Shown: in pieces, positions 11,801 to 23,800 of the stretch
Layout: the number at the start of each line of letters is the position of its first letter
Position numbering within the stretch: the stretch's first letter is position 1
From: Aplysia californica
Taxonomy: Eukaryota
Length of the DNA stretch: 64,000 nucleotides
Direction: 5' to 3'
Assembly (NCBI RefSeq): GCF_000002075.1
Contig: NW_004797359.1
Coordinates: forward strand, 326,347 to 390,346
Position numbers and translations under genes: made by a program
The notes under the pieces: model-generated
Databases searched by the model: none
What the model was told of the DNA's origin: nothing
What the model saw: the letters and a program-made list of their open reading frames with translations, nothing else

Positions 11801-14800
11801 TTTCTTAAAGCAGTTTTTATTAGTTTTTTTTACTCTCAGAGATCCATGCCATCTTCAATCTGGGTCATTTTGGCTCCTTCTTGGTTAAGTCATCTGCTTT
11901 TTCAGTTCCATGAATGCCACAGTGACCTGGTATCCACTGCAGAGTTGTGTTGGCTTGGGAGTTTAGATCACATAGGAGTGAAAGGAGTTGTCGTACTTGA
12001 GCTGTTTGTGGCTTTTGGAGAGCTTGTAGGACAGATTTTGCGTCTGTGAGGAAGACAGTGTTGGCTTTAGATTTTTGGTGATTCAAGAGAATGGTGGCTA
12101 CTGTTTCGAGTGCTGTTTCTGACATACCCAACATAGGCTCCACGTAAGACGGTGTGGTTTGCTCCCCAGTCTGACCCTGCCAACTTTCTAAGCAGTGCTG
12201 TTCTTCTGTTGCCTTTACTTCTGCACCTCTCTGTTTGGGCTTGCCATGTTAGTCTTGGATTAAACGTCACACCCAAATAGGTTGGATTTGACTCGTGTTG
12301 TAGAGTGTTTCCATCAAGATGCAAGTTTACCTTTCGGGGTTTTGGTGAGAGGCTGAATGTTGTGTACGTGGTCTTGTTCTTGTTGATCTTCTGTCCCCAC
12401 TCTTCTGTCCACTTCATCATGTTGTTAAGTGTGCTTAGGAATCGTACCTGGGCTGTTCCTACTGATTCTGCCGAGCATAAGAGAGCGATGTCATCTGCAC
12501 ACTCCGCTGCTGTCACTTTCTTGGTGATGGTGGTTGAGATGTCGTTGAGGAAAATCAGGAACAGGGTCGCTGATAAAACTCCCCCTTGTGGGACTCCATT
12601 ACTGATTGTCTCCATTTTGCTTCTTTTTCCTTGCAGTTTCACACAGGCTCTTCTTTGAGATAGGTATTGTGAGATCCATTTCAGCATGTTGTGAGAGATG
12701 TTCAGATTTTGACATTTCAGTATGAGTCCTTCTGTCCAAACTTTATCAAACGCCTTCTCCAGGTCAATCCAGACGGCTACAGTGTGTTCTTTTCTTTGGA
12801 AGCCATCCTCTACCATCTTAGCAATGTATGTAATCTGGTCTTCGGTTGATCGATGTTTCCTAAACCCAGCTTGGTTATCTGATAGAAGATGGTTTTTCTC
12901 TAGGAACTTGGAGAGTCTGTAGTTGAGGATCCTCTCTAGAAGCTTGCATAGACAGCTAGTGAGGCTGATTGGGCGGTAGCTTTCTGCACTGTTCTTGGGT
13001 TTTCCGTCTTTGAGGAGGGGTATCTGTATAGCAGTTTTCCAAGCTTTTGGTCCACTGTGATAATGCAGTCTCCCATAAGTCCTGTCTGATAATCTACCAC
13101 AATGATGCGTTCTGGTATGATGCCTTCACAGCGTTAATTTATACTATCACTCACACACTTCGATGCACTGCTTTCAATAAATTAGGGGGCCAGCCCCCAA
13201 CAATCTTCAACCACCTCAAGTTTCAAGAGAAATAACTGCTGCTATTATAGATTTTTTATTAAGGCTAAATCATCAGGCAATGTCATACTTCAACTCAACT
13301 GGCACACCATAAATTAAGAATTAAATAATCCTTGAATTGTTTTTTTAGTGGCATATTATTTTATTGTGCTTACTCATCGACAACACTACACTGACATTTA
13401 TATTTTATGAAATAAATAGAAAGACTGATCATATTCTGGTTTATCAATTGTTTGATTTGCTCATCACAAGTCTATATAAATAATAAATAATCTTTTAAAG
13501 ATTCTATTGCTATCCTTTATGCAGGCCCAAGTCTCTGGATAGTTTACACACATCAAGTCCCAAACAGTGCAAAATTTTATTTGTGACTTATCATTGATTT
13601 AAAGTCTAGACACAATTTGATGATGCAATATTTGATTTTTGTTTCAGAAAATCATTGAGGAACTAATTGAAAACAGTGAAACTTTCAGAAACAAGACAGA
13701 ATTTTCTCAGGCAAAATATGTCAAAAAGAAGAAGAAAAAGTAAGTACCCTCAGATTATCCCTCAGATTATGCATTTGTATTAGTGCTCTCTGTCTTGTAA
13801 TTATTTAGTGCTCTTTGGAAATGGATATTAATACTAACGGTTCATCCATATTAGAATAGTACTTTGCACAGAAGGTTCTGTATTTGCTCTTTGCCATTAA
13901 AATTGTTCAATTAAATGCTGTCCTTAAAAGTTGGGTGTTTTTTTAAAGTGCTTATGCATAAGTAGTATGGGATTGTAGCTTTAGTAAAGCTATGCCCTGC
14001 TTTCAAATCCATTAAGTTATATTTAGAATTATTTGTCTATTTAGGTCACCATATGTTTGATTTTTAACTAGATAGTTATATCCCTCTGGGGCGGTGCTAC
14101 TGACTGAAGTGTCTTTAGGCCATTCCCAAAGGGGGGACATTAACATGTTCTTATGCTCAGTAGTTATAAATGGGCTGATTCATCTATGTCATGCTCATAA
14201 CTGTGCCTTAGCTGCAATGGGGAACTGCTGCTTTTTCTTTCCTAAACCTTACCACTCTCATTTTTCCTCTACTTCTTTTGAATGTTTGTCACACTCTTGT
14301 GACCCGCTATTTCTGGGGTGCCTTGATAGTCAATGCAGACTTTGTGCTTAAACTGACTGAATAGTTATTTTTTCTACATATCTTTGTTTTTTCTCTGAAG
14401 AATCAAATGATCTGGACTGATTATATTCTTTCCTTTTTTATTTTTGTTGGAAATATTCATTTTGAAATACGATGCTGAGTTTTATGAGAAAGCGAAAGTA
14501 ACAAAAATTATGACATTTGTGTTTTGCAGGCATGTACAGGCTTTCACAGCCTTGCGTCCAACTCCGAGACTGGTTTTAGACATCTTTGCTAAAGAGCCAG
14601 GAAAAATCTGGTAAGGCTCTATTTGGACTTAGAGATAGTGCAGTACATCTATTGTTTCATCGCCTTTTTTTTTTTTCACAATGCCAAAATATTTACCAAA
14701 AATTTTGCAACTTTAATAGTAGACTAGTGCTGAACATGAACCTGATTGAAATTGTAGTTAGAAATATATTTCTTCCCTTCTTTGCTGACAGCATGCTCCG

Positions 14801-17800
14801 CTAAATGATGCTTATTATGAGGCAAATTTTAGATTGCATTTATTTGTTTTTTGACTTTAATTAATTTTGCCAGTTGTTTTACTCCTTTTAAAATTCTGTC
14901 TTGTTGTACTATTTCTTAAGTCTATTGAAGCTTTTGGAATGGTTCGTCTCTGAGTTCAGTTAGAGATAATAAATTTGGGGCTATCTATTGCAAATCATTT
15001 TGTTGTTGCAGATTTTGCAAAAAGACTATATATTGTTATAAATGTTTGAAATTCAACAAAAAAAACTTTCTTCTATTGTCAGCTATCTGCGTCCTGATAG
15101 TTTGTCACAGTTGTTAAACTACAGCAATGTCATGTGTGGAAGTCAAGTAGCTGTCGCAGAATCATGCCAAGGACTGGTCTTAGCTTGCGTGCTGCAGCGT
15201 TTGGGTGGTGAGTTACCTGGGTTGGGGTTTTTTTTGTTTGTTTGTTGTTGTTGTTTTTTTGGGAGTGGGGGAGAGATGGTTATTCACCCTTTGGTGCGGA
15301 GCAAGAACCAGAACTCCCCTTCTTCCTTTCACCGGCTACAATTTCTTCTGTCATCTCTTTGGGTTATACATTGGGGAGTTCTAATCCAGTGTGTTTTGCA
15401 GTCACATAATGACCTACGTTCATGCCTCACCGTGCTATGTTTACCCTTTTGTACACCATAAGGGTGCCTCAGCCTGCATTGGCGTAAAGTACAACAGTTG
15501 TCCCTGGGACTCTCAGTTGCACTAGTCCTGGAGGCTTCTGTAATTTAGGTAATAGATTACAGTAGAGGGAAGCCATTCTTCATAGGTGCAAGAAATTAAA
15601 TTTTCAAAGTAGCTGCACGACAAATTTATCTGTTCCATATAAAAGGCTTATGTGTCCTGAGCATTTTGATACCATCCTTTTACCTCTGTCAATTTTTAAG
15701 AAAATGTCAACCGTTTTGATATTTAAATAAAATATTGCAAAATTCACTAACTGGCTGCAACCCCCATGTTTGACAGATAATAAAACAGTGCCAAGTGTAC
15801 CGAACATCTACACATTGGCGGAGGAGAATCACAATAACTTAGATATTGAGCCTACTTTTTTAAAGACTGAGATCATCGCAGATCAGTATTTTATTGCCTC
15901 AAACGTTCAGATTTGGTGCTATTTCGACTAAAACACAGTCCAGTCCCAGCCAGCATCGCTTCGACCCGTGCGCCTAAGTGTTTGGCTCTATGCTGTAGTG
16001 TACTGAGTTTTCCCCAGGTTGAGGTGTTTACGCTACCTATTCTTTAGATTCTTTTTTAGGCGACTGTGTGCTTATGTTGCAAATTTAAAGTCGAATTATA
16101 GCTAATCAGAGATTTTTTTAGTCAAGTATTTTAGTGCTATAGTTTATATTTTGTAATGACCATGTGTCACACCGATGTGAAGTTGTTTTCTTAGCCATGT
16201 TTTTCTTTTGTTTGGTCGTGTGTAGTAAGGATATTGTGGCATAAACTTTGTCTTTTTCAACTTGAAAATGGATTTATATCTTTCTTCTGTTGCTTGTCCC
16301 AGGCAGTGGTAAACTGATCCAGCTTATTCCAAACAACAACAACACAGTATGCAGGTGAGTTTTTTAATACAGATGTGGTAGTTAGAGAATGGTTGAAACA
16401 GTAAAATCTTAAGCGAACTGGGCCTATATGCGGTAAGATGGAGGCTACTGTATAATGTCTCTCATTTCTGAGATATAGGTCTAGGGTTTTGTGTAATATT
16501 ATTTCTGTAGTAGAGAGTCAGAGATCGTATTAGCACCTGTGGAATAGATGAATATATATGCTGTCATAAATTTAGCAATATAAAATAGTTCGTTCGATAA
16601 GAAACGAGTCATGGCTCAAGCCATAGTTCTTTGTACAGGTTTTTCAGGTGTTGTACAATTCACTAATTTTATTGCTTTACTTGTGGCTTATCGTTAGTTT
16701 TCTATTTTTTATATGAAAGTGGTTATTCTCACCCTTGGTGAGAATAACCCTTGTCTCACTTTTCTCACCCCCTCGTTTTACCGGAAATGACTCTTGAAGG
16801 ATCAGGGCTGAGGTTAGCGGGCATGACAGGGCTGATGCTCCACAGCATCATGTTTGTCACTATTCGTGTCCGAATAGTCACAGTCAGGGTTGTCAGTTTG
16901 GAGCCAAATCCCAGAAATTTGGCTCTTTTAGATTGTGTCTGGCCCGTAGAATTTCATTTTGCTCTCTGGCTCTTTTTTGGCTCCAAACTGCAAATGTTCA
17001 AGAAGAAGGGGGAAAGAAGAGGCAAGAAAAAAAGAAAAAGAAAGAAAGAAAAAAGATGGAAGTGAAGAAAAGAGCTAGGACTGTTAAATTATTAAACTAG
17101 TTAACACGATTTAACGCCCTCACCAGTTTGGTCTGAATAATTTACCTTCGTGCAAGAGCATTTATTGTCTTGTGCTTGTGTCTCGTTACGTTTGTTCACA
17201 CTCTCTGTTCCTTGAACCATAATTTCTTGTGAGCAGGCAGAGAGTGAGAGGCCTGCCATCGTCAAGTGTGTAAACAACGAATGGTCCGGGCGGCAGCCGG
17301 TCCCACATTTCGCTCAGTATCGTCGGTAGCGAGCTTTTTTTTTTACCTGAGAGGCAAAAAATGTTTTTTACAGTATTATTATTCGTTCCCAACCACATGC
17401 GGTAAACCACAAAGGGCCTAGGTGATTTTATCGGCCTGCGAGAGGTCAGGGGGGAGTCCTCGCCTCATTCCCACACCGTGGGAGCTATTCTCACCGGGGG
17501 GGGGGGGGTGAGAATAGCGAGACATGGTTATAAAGGTGACCTTTTTATATAGATATTTCTTAGATGTGAAAATATTTTGTTTGAAGATTCGAGAAGCCTT
17601 TTTACTCCAATAATTTGTGATATTCTCTTTACTCAAATACCAAAAAAACATAGGCAAAAAAAAATATACGCACAAGGATTTCTCAAGACACACATATGTG
17701 TCACGACGTGATGGAATCAGGTGTCCGTCAATTTTGGGGCATATAGAGTTATTGATATCATCTTAAAACCTTTTAATTTGCCTTGCTTTTGATGGAAAGA

Positions 17801-20800
17801 ATATCCATTTATCATGGGTACAAGTCAAGATATTGGGCGATTGGAGGAGGTGGGCGTCGCATGGTTTTAAAGGTAAAACTAGCAAGAAAATGGCCGCCAA
17901 AGTTGCGTTATTTCCTTAGCTTGAGAGTCCGTAGAAACTGAAAATTTACGTCTTTTATGCCTTTAATCAACATTTTTCAGTAAAATCCACATAGAAGAGA
18001 GTTTTTAAATGGACCTTAAAGGTGTTGAGTGAAAAAAAAAAATTCTATAGAAATTGCCAAACGGACAGAAAAATGCCAGTTTCTTCAATTTCATTATTTT
18101 GATGAGCGCCTGGTTTCACCACACTGCCTCACATATAACGTTTGAATGAAGTGAACACCTTGATATGACAACCTCTTTCCCCTCCCCAGACTTACTTTTA
18201 CTCAAAGCAATTTCTGCTTGCAGTCTTGAAAGTCATCTTTATATTAAAATACTTTTTCAGCGATATAACTTAGGTATATTTTATTTTATTAAACAGACAG
18301 GTGATGAACTACTTCAGTTTTCCCAAAGATCATTGGGACTGTGTGTACTACTATCCGCTGGATTGTTTGTCAGCGTTAGAGCAAGGTGCTACTGAGCCAC
18401 AAACAGCGTTGTCTTCTGCTGCTGCTGAAGCCAAAGAGTCTGTGGAAGGGAGAGATATCTCCGAGTCTGTCTCGTCTGAGGCGGCCAATAATGCTCCAGA
18501 AGTAGAAGGGACCCCTGGATCTACCCCTTCGGAGGCAAACAGCACTCCAGTGATAAAAGGGACTTCAGAGTCCACCCCCATGGACGCAAATGACACTGTG
18601 GTGGAGAAATTAGCCGCTAAATCCACTGATTCGCCCCTGACCACTGGCCCAGTTGAAGAAGCTGGCGTGTCAGGTGATACAACAAAGGAAAGTGGTTGCC
18701 CTGGGGCAAAGGAGGAAGTGCAGGATGATGCAGGTCCTTCTGATGGGGAGAGTGGAGAGGCAGAAACTGCTGAGGTTGGAGAGAAACGCCCTGTGAGGTT
18801 TTTTTAGATAGATATATAAAGATTCTTTTAGGGGAGGGGGGCGAAAATTCTGTTTTTAAAGTACAGAATTACATTTTTAAAATTTAAGTGTTGTCGACTG
18901 GTTAGAAAAGGTTTTTAATTTAAGAATTGTTTGGTTTTTATTTGTATTGTTTTCGTGTGAATTGTTTGTAAAATATCATTACACTACTTTAGACTTCCTC
19001 AGGATTTCTTTTTTTATTAAAGGAATGCATTATGATGAATTTCAGTTTGTTAAGCTACTTCTTCATTATTGATGTCTTAGTTTGCAATTTTACAGTTTTC
19101 ATTTATTTTGCCAAAGTGTTGAAAGTTTGCTACTGATTAGATATTTTTTTTTTTTAAAGAATCTGCAGGGTCAAAGAGTATGTCTGAGATATATTGTTTT
19201 TTCTAGAATACAGGTATCCTTCTGTCAGGTTCATATGAGTTTCAATAAGTGTCATAAAGGCTACAGTAAAACATGACTATTGCGGCACCCGCTGCAACGG
19301 GACCATCCCTACAGCGGTAGCTGACTGGAATCCCCTTTTTTTTTCTATGTAAACTCAATTACTTATGCTTGCGTTTAATGGGGCAAGGAAAGTCCTGAAC
19401 TTTGATACAGCGGGAGAGATCGAGCGAGCTGTAGTTGGGGGAAAGGAGAGTGGGAGGCTGTAGGCGGGCTCCAAACAGGCAGTCAGCGGTGTGGTGTTGT
19501 GATTGGCCAGATGAGTGAGGTGGGGCAGGCGGCAGAGAGAGATGGTGCGTAGAGACGCGTTACGTGAGCCACTCAAAAAGTGATGTGGCCTAGGCTAGGC
19601 CAAAAAGACAGTAAAAGAAGAGGAGAGCGTGTAGTGTGTGATTTTCGGTAATTCCCCTTTGCAATCTTATTACGTGAACTTGTTTACAGAGGGATTTTTC
19701 TTCTGGAACTAAAAGTCCTGCTATAACCATATGCTACTGTATTATTTCAATTTTTTTTGTAACTCTCTGAAAGGATATAATCATGTTTATGATCTGTTCC
19801 TCCAGTTTGTGCCCAACAGGGAAATTCAGAGACAAGCTCGTGCCATACGTCAGAAAGAAGCAGGTGATGCTATTGCAGGCAAGCACTTGGACAGGTAAGA
19901 TATTGTCTTGTTTCGTTGTGTGCAGTCTAAAAGACACATGTGTGTCCGTCTTTTGATTGTGTGACCAGTATGCTGTGATGTAAATTCTCTTATCTTTACC
20001 CAAGCTATTGTTTCCTTGTATTGTACAAACAGTGGAACTCGGATTCAACTAAAGGAGATGGATTCCCCAGTTTATTTTTTTCTTTAAGGGGAGGAGCGAC
20101 CCTTGATTTTGCAGATTTTGGGTCAGGCTATGCACATTTTATATTGGCTGATTTTTTAAGATAAACCTGTTTTTTGTCTAAAAATAGCATGGATACAATT
20201 GAGAAAGACTTTATTCTCCAAGTAAATTGCCTTTAAAAACATGAGGATGGATTAGAATAGTGAATTTTCACAATTATTGTCGGTTTTCTCAAAATGTAAT
20301 TTTTGTGCAGTTTTTTCCCTACTCCTTCCTTAGTTTTTATCCTTTTGACATGAAACTTTCAGGAAACATAGTTAGCAAGACTACCATCAATGTGACAGAG
20401 ATATTTGCGGAAAAAAATGATATTTTTCCATTGGCAAGCAATTACGCAACCTAAATTTTTCAAAAGATTTTTATACTTTGGGAAAATTCTCATATTTATT
20501 TTTCTTTTGCACTTATTGAAAAAAACTTGCTGTTACTCTGATAGGGTCTGGTTCAGGTATACTCTCACCACATTTGGTCAAATTTGGTCTGTAAATAAGA
20601 AAGCCTAAAGGGTTTGAAATTCATTGTTTATTTTCAAGATGGCGGCCGTTTCCATAGCAACCGCTCTAGGTATGCCAAAATAAAATTGCGTTTCAAGAGA
20701 TTTTACTCTGTCTAACTTATATGTGTACTTGGATTTGATGTCGGGCAACAAACATAGAAAATGGTCCTCAAGGGTAGCTCCTCCCGTTAAAATCAATAAA

Positions 20801-23800
20801 AATAACGCGGATTCAACTAACACTTAAATCAGCAAGCTCAGATTCAACGAGGTCACTTCCAGGGTGAACATCCCCCGCAGACGTGGCTTCGCTCATTTTT
20901 CTCCCACTACGAACCTTATTTCTTCCCTGAAACCATCCATTGCACCTGCATTGTGAACCTTGATTCACTTAGACGATTGCTTGCTGCCCATCAGCGGCCT
21001 TTTTTTGGCACACGCACGTGACTACTCTAGCATGTGTCGGGGTCGGATGGGCAGCCTGCACATGTGTGACGGTGTGTGCGTGTCGGGGGGGGGGGGGGGG
21101 CACCAGCGGTCCGGGCGTGGAACATCACAAATACAAACGGTCCCCAGTTCTTCCCCCAGCCCCCCCCCCCCCCCCCCCGGCAACTGATCATTATTACAAT
21201 GATCAGCAAGTCTTGATGTAGATCTACATAATGAATTGTGGGCTGGTCTATGGAATCAAAAGTTTCCATATGCTAGCTTTACACAGCAACACAACTTTTT
21301 AACAATTGAGATGACACATGCGTGCATTTGAACGAATCCGCCTTCTTTTTTTTTGCACAGCTCATAATATGCATGCATTTCAGGCACCAATTGTTACTTC
21401 TCTTTATACGTTACTTGCTCAGACTCAGTGCCTGTAATTATCTACACAAAGCCTCATGTTTGCTAAAATGAACACTCGGATTCAACGAGATTTTAGGTAC
21501 AGCCCGGCGACCTTGTTGAATCCAAGTTCCACTGTAAATATATTGTGTTAATCATGTATGCTACATTTTTCTTTTAACTCGCTTGAGCCTATTCCCGTAT
21601 ATTTACGGGCCACGCCGCCACCCTGGTGGCCTAATCCCGTGTATTAACGGGATGTGCTTTATCATCGATATCCCCTGTGTTTTTCGGTTACAAGCAATGA
21701 CAAGCGGCCAAAAAGTAAAAGAAGAGGAGAGCGTGTAGTGTGTGATTCCTGATTCATTGAATTGTGATCGTTGATGCTCCAGCATATGCACGCATACACT
21801 TCTCCAGTTTTACAGTAGGCCTACTGGTACGATAGACAGCACAAGCAACAAACCAAGGAAAAGATGGCTTCCAACAAAGACAAAAGGAAATGCTTTTCAC
21901 TCGAATTAAAGGCCAAGATAATCCAGGAAGTTGACAACAAAAGGAAGACTAATCTAAAGTGCAAATTTTATTGATATGGAAGGGATGTAATCATGTGGAT
22001 TTTAAAGAACATTTTCGGTAATTTCCCCCTTTGCATTCATATAGCTGTCCCCGTCGGATTATACGATTGTGCGGCCATCAGGCTGCAATGGTTGTTGAGT
22101 GAAATAGCTTAGGCTCAAGTGAGTTAAGTCACACTTCTTCTATTTATATATATATATATATATATTTATAAGTAAAATAAAATGTGCTTTTACCTCCACA
22201 GTCTCATTATTGCTTGCAAGTTCAACCCAGTTCCAGTCTTGAAGAAAATGTTGAAGTTCATGCTCCCATCCAGACCAGTGGTGGTTTTTTGTCAGTTTAT
22301 TGATGTAAGTTCCCTTTCTTAGTGCCTCTACATATATGACATATATTGGGGGGGGGCTATAAAAAACACACACTTGAGTCAAAAACCACAAATTTGCTCT
22401 TTGTTTGTATTACAGAGCAGATACATTTGAGAATACTTTGGTCTTTACTTCATCTAAGTATTTCCAACGTTTAATTTTTCAAGATACATGGGGATGGACT
22501 AACAAGACAAAAAATGGCTTTATAGACAAGATAATGTCAGGGCAAAAAACGTTACCATTAGCATAAATAATTCACATTGCTGTCATCAGGCTCACTTTAC
22601 AGCTGAGTGAATGACACTTTGACTTTTTGTGTGCCAAGTTTTATCAACACATGGGCATATGGTGTAAAGAAAGACGGGTATGTTTATGCCTGAGGCACAA
22701 ACAGTTTAACGACTTCGCGGTCAAAGTGGCCTGTGTATCAAGTGATGGATATTTCTCTACTATTACTCTTTTGATCCTGAAGACAAGTTTTGCATACATA
22801 ATTGACAGCTCGTGTTATCAGCATCTGAAATTACTTGTATGATTTGCTTAGTTTATTATACATCATGTGCCTAGCATAATTAAGTACCTTTTAAAGGAAG
22901 TTTCTGACAGACTGCTTGTGAACTTTTCTCTCTCAGCCTCTCAAGGACTGCTACACTTACGTCAAAGAGGAGCACCTTGGGCTGCAGGTGCGGCTGACAG
23001 AGACCTGGTTCAGGGAGTATCAGGTATGTCTAGCTGTCTCTTTTCATTTTGTTTTTTTTGGGGGGAGGGGTTCGTTTTCCCTTAATTTTTTTTTTTTCTT
23101 ATCATTTTCTTCCCTTCCCTTTCCTTCTACCTCTTTCTCCTTCTGTTCTTCACCTTTTATCTTGCTTGATCTCATACTCTTCTATCCACAACACCACTTG
23201 TTTTTATTTATGTTCGTGTACTACTTTAATTCATATTAGCATGTAATGGCTTTTTTTTTTTAGATTCCCTTTTGCAGTTTTTGAAGGCACTGTAACTTGT
23301 ATATATATGGGGTCGTGGTGGTTTCTTCAGTTTTGGGTAAGGATGATTATTTGGGTTTTGGGGTTGTTGTTGTTGTTTTTTTTCAAACTGGTCTTTCGTG
23401 TTCTTGGTCTATGTCTGAGAATACAAGGTACTCGTTTATTAGTCATACCTGCACAAAGCTAAGATCAAACCAGATTCTTTTGCATAAGAGGCAAATTCTG
23501 ACCTTTTGACTTACTAGCCACCCTACCATTTAGTTTGAAAATGAGGAGACTTTGGGGAAAAGTGTACACACACAAACAGGTGCCTATTCTCAAATTTCCT
23601 TCTTTTCTTCCTCCAGTTATTTTCTTCCGTTCTTGCCTTGTGTCTTCTTTCTCTTACTCTTACTGAAGAAGTCTGAGTAGTTGACACTTGACAGCAATCA
23701 TGTTTATCTCAAGATACTGTCTAGAACTGGTTTTACGGCTTAACTCGCATGGAAGAAAGACCGCAAGAGAAATACTGTTCTTTTTATTAATTGTCACCTC

